Shown one piece after another: positions 11,184 through 24,265 of a stretch of DNA of 64,000 bases. Every line of letters starts with the position of its first letter. The stretch's first letter is position 1. The notes below the pieces were generated by a model. It was given only the letters and a program-made list of their open reading frames with translations. It made no database searches and was not told the DNA's origin. Source of the DNA: Schizochytrium sp. TIO01. Taxonomy: Eukaryota; Protista; Bigyra: Labyrinthulomycetes. The position numbers were made by a program, and so were the translations under genes. The stretch is from positions 5,432,436 to 5,496,435 of the forward strand of contig SMSO01000031.1 in the NCBI GenBank assembly GCA_004764695.1, read 5' to 3'.

Positions 11184-14096
11184 TTAGTTGTCCTTCTCAG
11201 ACGCTTGGCATACCAAATCGAAACGCGTCTCAGGTAAATCTTTCACATTAACATTATCACGCTCGCGCTGAAGTTCTCCAACACAAGGTCCCCACTTGGC
11301 TTCGTTCCAGCTAGGCGCGAAGATACTGCAGAGATTCTCTATGATGTTTTGCGAAAATGGATTGCCAGTAAAGTTCATTCGCTTAGTCTGCAGGAAAGTG
11401 TTCTGCTTGTTTAAAGTGCACGCCATAGCTTCGTATACAGAAGGCATAGCATCACCCTGCTTGATTTTAAGATAAGCAAACAAATGAGCCATAGATGGGA
11501 CTAAGTCACGTACAAAGTCTTCGTAAAACATTGTCAAGACCGGAAATCCTGCATCGTCGCGAATAGGTCGCACATCAAACGAAAATAAACCTGTCATATT
11601 GCGCACGCGAGTGCTATTGTATTCACGCATACCATTACCTGGAAATTCGTGTATTTTACCTTTCCGTACATCAAATCCATTAAGCCCTTCCCAAAAGTGC
11701 ACAGTATCCGAAAACCATTGCGCCAGATCAACGATTTGGTTCGGATTTATAGCTTGTAGCTGTTCTATTGAGGTTGCTCCCTTATGACTGTCCCGTGATA
11801 GGATGCGATGCAGTTCTGCTAAGATTGCATCAAAGGGGGAGCGGATAATGAAGATTGCACTTTCAAACAACGGCATCTTAGCAGGAGCGCCACTATTCCA
11901 CATAGGATAATGCGATTTGACCACTGACGTCTGTTTATCTGCAGCAGGCAGCAACTCGCCTAAAAAGCCTTGATACATTGCAAGTTTTTTGTCTGAATAT
12001 ACTGACCCTGTGTAGTGTCTCGTGCCAGCGCGCACGATTCTTCGCAGCCATGTGTTCCCCGAACCAGGAAAGCTCACCAAGAACAATTTAGAGATGTCCT
12101 CTGATATGTCATAGAATGAATGGCCCTCTGTGCAGACTTTCGGGAGACAGGGAAAACCCTCATTGTGGATCTGGTTGAGTGCCTCAGATGCAAGCTTGGA
12201 AATTGCCGTGCGAGTCTCGGCTTCTTGCATTATGAAACTACTTGGTTTTTCACGATCAAACCATGGCTGCTCGGATGTCTCCTTACTTACCCCAAAACCG
12301 TCTGCAAGACTCAGCTTTTCATCCTCTGTATGCCTGGAGTGCCCCGACAACTCTGAGCTTTGCACCCATGTTGTATGTGAATTTTCCAGAGCATATGGTG
12401 ACACTTTCATACTCAATTCAATTGAAACTAAGTCACTTCTTGGCAACTCACCTTCAATACTTCTATCTTTGTTTTCCTCGACCTTTTCAACAGGAGTGTA
12501 ATATTCATCATTTCCAATAGATTTATCGTCCACATTTTCTTCATCATCCTCGTGTGCATAGCCATGTTCATGCCTATGTTCTGCACCAGCTCCCTGTTCA
12601 ACAATCATAGCAGAGCTATGAATGTTGTTGACCTGATGATCATATGATAATGCAGAAAGATCTTGCTCGACAGAAGATGGTGCAACTGTAGATTCATGTA
12701 AAATAGACGGCAAATTTTCTGTGGCTACCTTTTTGTTGCCTTCAACTACTCTCTCTAACACGGTGACAATAGAGGCTGTCGGCGTCTGCGTAGTTTCCGC
12801 TTCAATAGCCCCTGAATTTACAGCAGTTGCATTAATTGAATCTTCTCCTGACTTAGCTTTGGAGGTAGACAATGTTGGAGAAGAATATACAGAGCTCCTA
12901 GTAGAGCTTGTAGAAGTTGCGCTATAAGATCTATTGCCGGTTGGAAGCGAAAGTCCTCCGGTTGCACTTGGCCGTGCTGGTGACGAGGTCTTTAGTTCGG
13001 ATTTCGTTCCACTCACTGCTATGCTTGTCATTGGTAAACTCAAACTTGAACTAACCTGCATAGCTTGAGACAAGCTAGGAATCCTCTGTCTGGAGTAGGG
13101 CTGGATTTTTGGCTGATCTAAGCTTTGAGACACTTTTGATACCTCAGGATTTTCTAGGCCAGGAGAAAAGCTCAGATGACTGGGCTCATTAGAACGTGCT
13201 ATTCCTGATATTGAGACATCTAGGGGCAATTCTATTTCATTCGTTGGTCGCTGAGTAGGATAGGTTTTGCCTAATAACTTGGTTGGCTTGGAAGTCGGGG
13301 AAGCTTGTCTCGTATGATTATTGAATGATCTCTGTAATAAGGATACACTTGGGCGTTTTGTGGCAAGGTTGTTTGAAGTGTTTACTGCTTTTCTCTGCTT
13401 CACCGGTATTTCATTTTGACTTTCATGAGCCACAGAGGTAGTTGCAGAAGCAGCACTGATAGCAAGATTTGCCTCTGACTTTGCCTCTGACTTTGCATCT
13501 GACACTGACGTTGGTCGCTGAGTAGGATAGGTTTTGCTTAATAACTTGGTTGGCTTGGAAGTCGGGGAAGCTTGTCTCGTATGATTATTGAATGATCTCT
13601 GTAATAAGGATACACTTGGGCGTTTTGTGGCAAGATTGTTTGAAGTGTTTACTGCCTTTCTCTGCTTCACCGGTATTTCATTTTGACTTTCATGAGCCAC
13701 AAAGGTAGTTGCGGAAGCAGCACTGATAGCAAGATTTGCCTCTGACTTTGCATCTGACACTGATGATGATGTGATTTGCAAGGATTCTGCACGATCGCTA
13801 ACCTTGACTGTGTCTTGATGAAAAATACTTGCATCCACAGCTGTAGGAATGATATCTTGAACTGCATCATGCAGGTTTGGAGCGAGATCTCCGATTACAG
13901 GAATATCACTCTTGTAGCGAAGCGACGGTAGAAGAATATTCCATTCAAGTGCTAGCAACGGGCCAATCGAAAGAATTACAAGCAGAACATACGAGGTGAG
14001 CTGAAGGCCCAGTACAACCTGGGGGAACATAGTTGGCGGTGAATCATTTTGTCGAAAGCTTCGGCGTAGTGGAAGAACACGCTGTTTACCAAGCAT
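11184..14096 (-). CDS. Membrane-anchored sulfotransferase (WSCD-like domain) with long Ser/Thr-rich stem
   Basis: 970-aa ORF. N-terminal hydrophobic anchor (VLLVILSIGPLLAL), 5'-PSB motif LVSFPGSGNTWLR, VVKSHYP, 3'-PB motif IIRSPFDAILAE and FYEDF. Confidence 0.85.
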   Translation of the reverse strand: MLGKQRVLPLRRSFRQNDSPPTMFPQVVLGLQLTSYVLLVILSIGPLLALEWNILLPSLRYKSDIPVIGDLAPNLHDAVQDIIPTAVDASIFHQDTVKVSDRAESLQITSSSVSDAKSEANLAISAASATTFVAHESQNEIPVKQRKAVNTSNNLATKRPSVSLLQRSFNNHTRQASPTSKPTKLLSKTYPTQRPTSVSDAKSEAKSEANLAISAASATTSVAHESQNEIPVKQRKAVNTSNNLATKRPSVSLLQRSFNNHTRQASPTSKPTKLLGKTYPTQRPTNEIELPLDVSISGIARSNEPSHLSFSPGLENPEVSKVSQSLDQPKIQPYSRQRIPSLSQAMQVSSSLSLPMTSIAVSGTKSELKTSSPARPSATGGLSLPTGNRSYSATSTSSTRSSVYSSPTLSTSKAKSGEDSINATAVNSGAIEAETTQTPTASIVTVLERVVEGNKKVATENLPSILHESTVAPSSVEQDLSALSYDHQVNNIHSSAMIVEQGAGAEHRHEHGYAHEDDEENVDDKSIGNDEYYTPVEKVEENKDRSIEGELPRSDLVSIELSMKVSPYALENSHTTWVQSSELSGHSRHTEDEKLSLADGFGVSKETSEQPWFDREKPSSFIMQEAETRTAISKLASEALNQIHNEGFPCLPKVCTEGHSFYDISEDISKLFLVSFPGSGNTWLRRIVRAGTRHYTGSVYSDKKLAMYQGFLGELLPAADKQTSVVKSHYPMWNSGAPAKMPLFESAIFIIRSPFDAILAELHRILSRDSHKGATSIEQLQAINPNQIVDLAQWFSDTVHFWEGLNGFDVRKGKIHEFPGNGMREYNSTRVRNMTGLFSFDVRPIRDDAGFPVLTMFYEDFVRDLVPSMAHLFAYLKIKQGDAMPSVYEAMACTLNKQNTFLQTKRMNFTGNPFSQNIIENLCSIFAPSWNEAKWGPCVGELQRERDNVNVKDLPETRFDLVCQASEKDN
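13242..13763. repeat. In-frame tandem duplication (267 + 255 bp) in the sulfotransferase stem
   Basis: SVSDAKSEANLAISAAS...KTYPTQRPT occurs twice, near-identical; the copies differ by a 12-bp internal duplication (AKSE). Confidence 0.95.
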
Positions 14097-14417
14097 CAAG
14101 CTAGTCTAGCCAACCTTTGCTAAATAAGTTGCTTGTCTTGTTGTTTTTCAGATTGCTGTTCTGCACAGAAATATTGGGATACCAGTTTGCTCAACGGCAC
14201 AACTACAAACTCAATCTCGAGATGATAGCGTTTTTGTTTTCTTCCAGGACTATAGAAAGAAGGTCAAAATGCAAGGAAGGAAAGGAAGTGCTATTTTTTT
14301 TCTTTTAAGGACAATAGGTGTTGTCTCTCTGTATTCATAGTTGCAGTGAAGCAGCATGGACGTTGCACAACGTCTATGGTCAGAGCAACATGGTAAGAAA
14401 ACAGACATATTCAAGTT

Positions 14418-14420
<3 letters not shown>

Positions 14421-14448
<28 letters not shown>
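14421..14448. repeat. (AT)14 microsatellite
   Basis: Perfect dinucleotide run. Confidence 0.9.
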
Positions 14449-14452
<4 letters not shown>

Positions 14453-16308
14453 CTTAGGTTTTAGCTCGTGGGGTTCCGGTGGTCAATTGCGAGGGTTCGC
14501 CGCCGATTGATATTACTAGTGGTGTGTTTCCAAATACGTAGTATATCACTAGGAGTATTCTAATTTTTGTTCGTTACATTTGGGATACTTTGCACCTTTC
14601 GTTGGTCTACTAAGATAAACCCTATGAATACGTTATTTTGTTTCTTGTTTTCCCTGTCTAGAGTATTTTTTCTTTTTTAATTTTTTAAAGAAAAAAAAGA
14701 AAAAAAAAAGGTTAATTTATTTTATTTTATTTCTAAAAAGAAGAACGTTAGATGACTTGAGAGAACTTTGTATGTAAAGCAAAGAATGCTCAACATATTT
14801 ATGTAGAAGCAGCCTCGGTTTGCGTGAAGGTGACACATATCCAAACGTTTGCTTATTCATCAAAAGTTGGACTTACATGCCAAGCTGTCGATTAGTGTAA
14901 AGAAAAGAACCCCTGAAACTTAAATTCCTAAACAACAATGCATGAAAAGAAAAACAACAGAAAAGTAGCACAAACCTTTCCCCAAGAGCTACCAGTCTCT
15001 CATGTTCGAACCAAGCCTAGTAGACACACTAGTAGGTATCACGAATGAACAAAAATGTTGGCCCTCCCCTTCTCTGGTAGTCGTATTGATGACAACACTA
15101 AAACTTGCTCATGAACATTAATGAGTGAGTTTGGCAACATATCAGGGACGCTTTGATGATTTACAAACCATAGCACAGTAGGCACAGAGCGATCAACCAG
15201 GGCGCACGCTTGTGTTGACATGTTATGGAAAGGATGACCTACTATCTCATTGTGGCAGTTATGAGTTCTCCTTTACTCAGGCATTCGTGACCAAATCCAA
15301 GCTTCACTGTAGTAGTAGCAGTAGCCAGGTAGGTGGGCGACTCTTTTCCTTTTTTCAAACAATGATTATTAGATATCTCTCTTTACACGAGCAGCATTAC
15401 AATTTAAGCTGATGAGTATTACTTGGGCTTAGGTATCTGGGATAAGGCACCAAGAGCAATGAGGCTGCGCAAGCATAAAAGGCTGATTCAATCACTGATT
15501 TATCTTCCGCCTATTTGAAACAGGAGTTGCAAATCCGGAAAATATTGACGGGATAAACGTTGCCTAAAAGGATGAGCATGGAGTATTTGATGTATTTCGA
15601 CTCTGTTTAAAATTTGGCCATGTCCATCCAAAAATTTGTGTTTTTTTCAAGGCCTCGAACGAAAAAAGAAAATATATATTCTGACACAAACCGTCCAGCA
15701 TCGTTTTTTTTTAAATAATAATAATAATAATTATTATTATTATAAGAAGCACATCCTTTAATTTGCATTGCTATCCTCACTGCACTGGTTTTACCTGTTT
15801 TATATAATGATTCTCCAAAGGTGATACGATGAAAATCAATAGCTTTTGCAGAGTACGAACAATAAAAGAAGATGCATCTCGCAGTTTCAGTTTATCTTTT
15901 GAGAAAAGAGAGGGAAAAGAAAATGAAGTGCACTCGAACAAGCATGATTTTCCTATCAGGGGAGCTGCAATGTCGCACTTCTCTTGCTACCGCGGGCTTC
16001 GGTATCAGCGGTGAGACTTTTCACCTTCTACCAAAGATTGCAAACACGATGAGCAGAATAGATAAATCGCAGCCGATTAAACAAAGGCAAGCACAATAAA
16101 GTAGAAAATTCGTGACTATCCGATTGTTTTTTATGTTTGACTGTGCAGTAAATTTAAAGGTGATATTGCAAAGGCACTCGGTCCAAACATATTGTTGAAG
16201 GAGTTGTGTAAGATCAACAGACGAGGTTTTGTATTCTTAAGTGCTCTCTTATTGGCATCCTCTCTGAATGTATCAGTTTTGCATAATTTCAAAGTTGCAG
16301 GTTACACT

Positions 16309-17454
16309 TTAAGCGAGCTCAACTTTTTCGTTCGAGTTAACTTCCTGGTGCTGTTGTACAGAGTCCATCATGTCAACGTCGTCGTCATCATCATCGTCGT
16401 CATCATCATCATCATCATCGCCATCGTCGTCGTCATCGTCGTTGTCATCGTCTTCGTCGTCGTCGTCGCCCTCGCTGTGAGCGAGAACAAAGTCCTCATC
16501 GTCCTCTTCGTCGCTCTCTTCGTCGCTTTCGTCATCCTCTCCGCTACTAATGATAATTTCATCATCAGAGTCGTCACTCGTATCTCCGCGATTATTGAAC
16601 CTTTGAATTTGGGCTTGTACTTTGCGGGAAGACAGCATATGACGTTCAATGCGAGCCCGGTAACCGGAGTGCCACCCGTGATTGTCTTGGTCAAAGACAG
16701 CTTCTGCAGCTTTAGGACGCTCTGATTCGTCAAGATCACCAAACCAATTCCACGGGCACATGTTCAAAATGTAGAATGTAATTTCTAAAGGCACCCAATG
16801 GAGAACACAACCTTTGCGCATCGCACAAAGTGTCAGCTCTTTGGCCGCTCTTTGATATTTACGAGGAAACTTGCTGTGTATTTCATTATCAGGCCTCCAC
16901 ATGAGATAGCGAACACCATGCGAGAGGCGGCCAACAAATTCTCGGTCGGGACGCCATCCATAGCCCCACATACCCCGATTACTGAAAGGACGACAGCTGA
17001 TATGTGCAGCACCAGGAAACACCTGGATTAGGTCGTCCTCGTGAGAGGTCTCATTTCTTTTATTATCATACACAATACCTGCGTCGCCCTGCATTGCTGA
17101 GTGAACGTAAATACCGAAGCGCGATCCTGCGGGCACCCGAGGTGCAGGATCTAGGTCGAGCGGTACCAAAGTATGCTCACTGGGGCGCTTTGTGCCACTG
17201 AAAACCCGTGTCCAGTGCGAGCGGTCGTCATGATAGCCCTCGTGAGGGCCCTCGCAAACATATACGGAAAGTTTGCCGAGCATGCCTCGAACCCATATGC
17301 GATGGATTTCCACATACTCCACTGGAAGCACTGTGCGTATGCCAACATCAAACATAATCCCATTAAACGTGTGGTCTTCGTAATCAGACATGTCGACCTG
17401 GAAGTTCTCATGAACATTGTAGTCCGCAGTGCTCTGGAGCTGAAGGTACGCCAT
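16309..17454 (-). CDS. Hypothetical protein, 381 aa, globular N-terminal domain plus long Asp/Glu tail
   Basis: ATG-initiated ORF with protein-like composition and acidic C-terminus; family not recognised. Confidence 0.8.
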   Translation of the reverse strand: MAYLQLQSTADYNVHENFQVDMSDYEDHTFNGIMFDVGIRTVLPVEYVEIHRIWVRGMLGKLSVYVCEGPHEGYHDDRSHWTRVFSGTKRPSEHTLVPLDLDPAPRVPAGSRFGIYVHSAMQGDAGIVYDNKRNETSHEDDLIQVFPGAAHISCRPFSNRGMWGYGWRPDREFVGRLSHGVRYLMWRPDNEIHSKFPRKYQRAAKELTLCAMRKGCVLHWVPLEITFYILNMCPWNWFGDLDESERPKAAEAVFDQDNHGWHSGYRARIERHMLSSRKVQAQIQRFNNRGDTSDDSDDEIIISSGEDDESDEESDEEDDEDFVLAHSEGDDDDEDDDNDDDDDDGDDDDDDDDDDDDDDVDMMDSVQQHQEVNSNEKVELA

Positions 17455-18759
17455 CTTACCTTATTTTGCTGGTAGGTATAGTTTCCGAAGCTCTAAAATA
17501 ATATGAAATATAAGATAGAGAAGAGCAAAGATTCTGCTTCCGAGGCAAAGAAGCCCTGTTCTTTTGAGAAATCACGTGTTGCTGTTGTATCCCGTGCAGC
17601 ACTCGTTGTTTCTACCACCACGCTCTTCCTCGTCCAACCACGTTGGCTTGAATTTGAGTGCCGTGTTGTCTACCGGAGCTAGACCCCGAGCTCCGATTCC
17701 CAGTCGAATTGTAGAAACCCAGAACCTCTCCACGTGAACCCGTGCCAAGCCTTGTGACTTTAAGCTCGAGAGCTCCAACGCGGGCCTTTCTATGGTTGAA
17801 TTGATGGACCCCAAACCTCGGGAGAGAACCCTAGAGCCCAAGCCCTGCTCGATGATCCATCAATGTGCGAATCAAGTCGTTCGTTCGTTCGTTCGTTCGT
17901 TCAAACATTTATTTATTCATTCATCGCAATAAATGTCATCAATTCTTTTCTTCGGGATCCTAGGTACCCTACCTACATACGTAGTAGTAATCCTGTTCTA
18001 TCCATAGTATTAGGCTCGAATACTAATCAGGAATGGGAAGGACTGGGAGTGCGTATAGTTTCTGCTAGATAACATCCTACCCGGATAGATACTTTGGATA
18101 CATGAAACCACTACTAGGGACCCTCTTAAGAGTGAGAGTAGGCGTGGTTCTTTCTTTCTTTCATTCCATTCATTTTGAACGACAGAAAAATCTTCATAAA
18201 CCTTCCTCATCGACGACAATAGGCCTAGCTAACGAGGTACTCTACTCTCGCCTACTCGCAAGGAGTTTTTCCTTTATAAATGCAAATGAATAAGCGTAAG
18301 CAATGACTACGTACTACAACAAAGTAGTGAAGGAAGCCAGGAGCAGTGCAAGCTCAAACAAATAGCAGCTGCCAGAGGGCATCGTACCAGACATTGCCAG
18401 GCTTGGAAGGTCTCGAGCATGTTCCTTGATGATGAGTAGGCCGCTGATTCTGAATAGAATTCACGCAGTCCCCTCCGTTCACAGAAATGTCTCCAGGTGA
18501 GTGCCATTAGGCTAGTTAGACTACTACTTATCTAGTATTGCAGCTTGAGAGGAGCATCGCGTGGGTTGGATGTGGAAGAGAGCAAGGAGGTCTACACAGG
18601 CAGAGTTAATTGTTTTCAATTTTTTAAAGGCGAACTGATGAAATGGTATATATGGAAAAACAAGGATTATACTTGAAGTTCCAGGTAAAGTAAGAAGAGT
18701 GGTGTTTGAGGTTATCGTGTGGAAAGCACCGGTGCTACAAGAAGCACGATACAGCGTGT

Positions 18760-20211
<1,452 letters not shown>

Positions 20212-21141
20212 TTAGTGCACAACCCATTTCAATGTTAACATTGATGTTTACAATGGGGTTCTACATACTCTACACAACCTTTTTGATAAAAGTCTTGTCT
20301 TTGCAAGAATGCGCAAGCAAAGACACTTCTTGACCTCTTTATTTGCCCCTATTTATAAAGCCTGTAGGAAGGGCAAGGATGCCAGTGGAATATGAAAGAG
20401 TCTTGGGAAACAAGAATCCCAATCTTAAGTTACAAAGCCAACACTGCTGACTCTTAAATGGTCACAGCAAGAGAATAATGTTGAACCAAGTAGTTTATTG
20501 TGATAGATCTACTCACAAAAGATCAAGGTCTTGGAATCTGCTCTCATTCTACAAATATTGCTATATATGTGAACATGAGGAAACCACCCTCAAGAACTTA
20601 GTTGTCATGGGAAAAGCCTCAGAAACGCAACAGAAAAAAAAATGAGCTGAACGAACTAGATTGCTCCTTTTCGGAGCAACCGTCCATCAATAGTTCTAAA
20701 GAAAAAGGAGACAGAAACAACATCCGTCATATACATTTCTGCAGACAGCATTGATAGTACTTCGTTTTTACTCAAGTGAAAGAATTGCTCGTATTAGCTT
20801 TTAGCTAGAGCAAGTGGTAAAGAAGGGGGAACTTTGCGAAGGTCCCTACACAGAATTGAAAATAGTATCATTGATGTTTTACATAAGCGAACATAACAAA
20901 TATTAGGACAGTAAGGAAGCATACCCGCAAATACTTCACAATTACTTACTTCATCCTGCTTGCCCCCTTACTTTCAGATATCTTTTTGAGCGCTGAATAA
21001 AAAGACCAAATCCCTATCTTCCACAATAACAGTTCTATTCCTGTCAGCTTTTGCGTGAAGTAATCGAAAAGATCACATCTGGCACTACAGATGTTTCTCT
21101 CTTGTCAATCGTCTTGTCTGATCTGGACTTGGATACTGAAG

Positions 21142-23163
21142 TTAGGACGCTCGAAAACGAACCGCGAGCATCACCCAAACAGCGACTATATTTTCAGGGA
21201 AGGGAAGAACTAATACTCGAACAGCAAAATGCGTATGATCTGCTCGAGTATAGAGAATGTCACTGGCAACAGAACTCTTGCGAAGGGCGTGTAAAATTTT
21301 GTGCGGATCCAGGGTCTTCATAAGGGTGGGGAAACCTTTAAAGGAATGGCCGGGAGGGACATGTTGACGGATTGCAGCTTGAAAGTCCTCATTTCCAGAC
21401 AAAATTCCAGTGGCTCTCTCCATCTCGTAAGCGTGAAGCGCTGGTGTGAGGAAGAAGGAAAGATCATCATCCCAGCGTGTGTCGAGCTCTAGTTGCTGAG
21501 ATCGCTCATTGGCAATGAGTCCTTGTAGAGCAGCTTCAATTGCATCAGCTTTTTCATGGGGCTTAATCGACGAAGCTTTCAAGGGAGGGGAGGTGCGCTT
21601 CTGAAGAGCGCTAATAAGGCGTTCATCCATGGCTTTCCAGCGCATGTCATCTAAGACATTAAAACTGCAGCGATCGACACGGTCGTCTCGTTGTTTATTT
21701 GCATAAAAGGTTTGGTGGTTAAATACACAGGCTAGACGCCGGTACGACTTGCGAAGAGCAGCCTGAGCAGCAGAATCACTTTCCTTGCGAGGTGCCATGG
21801 TCACACGATGGCCTGTGAGAGACTCCCAAAAAATACATGTCCGATTATCCTTGCCAGACAGAGTCATACACCATACATGGTCCCGTTCGGGCTCACCAGG
21901 AGAATCCTGCACAGTACCAAGGCAAACAAAAGCGTGGAGGCCAAATCCAAGTAAAAGGTTACAAAGAAGCAAAGCATGGTCTTCGCAATCGCCACAGCCT
22001 TTGCTTATAAACGTATGAGGAGTATGCCAAACCTCAAGACGGCCGCCTCCAATCATTTCCTCGCGTGTATAGGGAATGAGACTTACAAATCGTGCGGCCT
22101 CCCGAGCAGTCTGCAATAACCTTCCGGCACGAAGTGGTCTCACGAACGAGCAGACAGGTTCATGGTCGCCCCATTCGTTCTCCGCAAAGATTTTTACCAA
22201 ACGATTGCGAAAGCTCTCATCAAGCTCTAAAAATTCATTCCACCATGCACGAGCATACTCGCAAAAGTGGCGATGGGCCTGAGCAGCGCGCTTGCTGCTG
22301 CTGCGTAGTTCTGCAGTGATCTCTGATTCGGGTATAGCACTTGGTGACGTACGCGCTGGAACGAGCTCGAGACGCAAGTCGAGCACCCCTACAGGTACAC
22401 GAACTTTTGCGGCTTCGCCAGTGCCAAGAAGTTCTACTGCAACAGTAGCTCCGCCTGTTGTACTGGCGAAAAGTCTACGCCACTCTAGTATGTGAGAAGC
22501 TACCAACTCCATTTGGGAATCAATAGCACCCTTTTGGGTTCTCAACAGAACAAAATGCAGGCCTTGTTGGGAACTATCTGCTCGTAAGAGCTCGCGCAAT
22601 ATTTGGGTCTGATACTCTGGTGAACTTGTAGAAAATGACATATTCTCAGAAATTTGCACTAGAAATGAGGCATCAAGGGCTGGCTCGCTAGCACAAGAAA
22701 CAGGGCCTGAAGAAAATCGTTGATCCGCGTAATGCATGCGCAGAACAAACATGTCCTTTTCGTCGCGACGAGGTGCAAAAGCGCGACCGCCCACAACTTT
22801 CACAAGAAGATGTTGTGCGCCAGGTTTTACTGCCAGGTGTAGACTCGGAGACCGTTTTGCAAGATCTCCGGGCAGTTGTGTCTCCAAAGATTGAATAACA
22901 CGTTCTATGACTTGGCGCTCACGCAGTGCATCGAATGAATCTCCACTCGTCTTGTGGTTATTGTTTGCAAGGTTTTCGTCGCTTAGATTATTAAGATCCT
23001 CATCTTCGCTTGTCTTTTCAACAGGACCAAAGTCTGCAACAAATCTACGAATGTCATCATAAACATTGTTCTTGCGCAGGTGAGCATCGATGAGCTGCCT
23101 TAATGCAGTGACTTTGTTGGCGTTAAAACCCTCAATATCTGCTTGGGTTGATTCTTGGCTCAT
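21142..23163 (-). CDS. CEP76: Centrosomal protein CEP76 homologue (C2 + transglutaminase-like + C-terminal domain), 673 aa
   Basis: LRQLIDAHLRKNNVYDDIR N-terminus, C2 region (FSSGPVSCASEP, LEWRRL), RLVKIFAENE, AARFVSLIPY, GDCEDHALLLCNLLLGFG, HVW, FWESLTG, FKGFP and VWVMLA. Consistent with a zoospore-forming organism. Confidence 0.92.
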   Translation of the reverse strand: MSQESTQADIEGFNANKVTALRQLIDAHLRKNNVYDDIRRFVADFGPVEKTSEDEDLNNLSDENLANNNHKTSGDSFDALRERQVIERVIQSLETQLPGDLAKRSPSLHLAVKPGAQHLLVKVVGGRAFAPRRDEKDMFVLRMHYADQRFSSGPVSCASEPALDASFLVQISENMSFSTSSPEYQTQILRELLRADSSQQGLHFVLLRTQKGAIDSQMELVASHILEWRRLFASTTGGATVAVELLGTGEAAKVRVPVGVLDLRLELVPARTSPSAIPESEITAELRSSSKRAAQAHRHFCEYARAWWNEFLELDESFRNRLVKIFAENEWGDHEPVCSFVRPLRAGRLLQTAREAARFVSLIPYTREEMIGGGRLEVWHTPHTFISKGCGDCEDHALLLCNLLLGFGLHAFVCLGTVQDSPGEPERDHVWCMTLSGKDNRTCIFWESLTGHRVTMAPRKESDSAAQAALRKSYRRLACVFNHQTFYANKQRDDRVDRCSFNVLDDMRWKAMDERLISALQKRTSPPLKASSIKPHEKADAIEAALQGLIANERSQQLELDTRWDDDLSFFLTPALHAYEMERATGILSGNEDFQAAIRQHVPPGHSFKGFPTLMKTLDPHKILHALRKSSVASDILYTRADHTHFAVRVLVLPFPENIVAVWVMLAVRFRAS

Positions 23164-24055
23164 CCTGGTGCTTCAAACGGTTGTTTGTTTACGTTCTCGA
23201 TGATACTATGGAAGTGGCAAAGGCTTTACCAAGGGCCAAGAGGCCGCTGCAGACCGGGAGCTTTCAATATGGACACAAAACGAAACGCCAACAGGCCCAA
23301 AGTGTCTCCACGACTGGAACGGACGCGGGTAATCCACGCTCCAAGGGAGGAGAGAAAGCAAAAACGTATATCATAAGATATGTTAACACATACTAGACAC
23401 TACCTAGGTCCTAGGTATATAGTAATATAGTTGGAGCATGATTTTAGTTTGACTTTGTAGGGTCCGACTGGTGTGTCCGCTAATGCTGATGCTATGGCAA
23501 TTTGAAAAAACGCACGTGGCTATTTTATTTTTAGACTGCAAAGTCTCATCGATTACACTGTATAGAAATGAGTCGGAATATGAACATTAATTCGAATTTT
23601 GCTTTCATATGCTCATAATTATGAAAATAATACTACGAATAATTTTCATGTTTGCTTTCTATCTCTCATTCTATTCTTCATTGAGCGAAATATCTGCATG
23701 CCCTCTCTTCCCCAACAAGACAGGCCAAACTGGGTTTTGCAGACGTTTTGTACGAAGGAGGGCTCTCTAAATCTTATCACCACTCAGAAAAAATATGTAA
23801 CTGAAAATATATTACGTTGCTTGCTATTTCAATTTTAAAAAGGCAGTTCTTCTCTCTTACAGAAGAACACATTGGCAAGCTCAATCAAAATGTAACGTAG
23901 GCAAAATTTCATGTTTTGGGGAAAATGTTCGTTGTACGAATGATATCCTTGTTGAAAGATTACTCCACCAAGAATGTTTCAAGTTTACTTAGTTCAAGCT
24001 ACCATGTAGAATTGTTCTTTACTTTTTTAGATTGAAGAAGACGAAGACCACTTTC

Positions 24056-24265
24056 TTAATGCCCTCCGGCATTCCAAATCTGAGGTTGTCCATTTTTAGA
24101 GCGTTCTTCAAGACAGCTACATAGGTTTTTATACCTTTCGGGGTAAAATTGCTTCAAGACACACAAGTAAATAAATGCGATCAAAAAAATAACACCAGCT
24201 GCACAGCCTGCTACAATAAAGGTATAATCCCCCAGAGTGTCATCATTATTGCTTTCACCTGCCAT
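24056..24265 (-). CDS. Putative small single-pass membrane protein (69 aa)
   Basis: ATG at 24265; acidic N-terminus, 22-aa hydrophobic segment (FIVAGCAAGVIFLIAFIYLCVL), then basic/Cys residues. Short, with no homology evidence. Confidence 0.45.
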   Translation of the reverse strand: MAGESNNDDTLGDYTFIVAGCAAGVIFLIAFIYLCVLKQFYPERYKNLCSCLEERSKNGQPQIWNAGGH

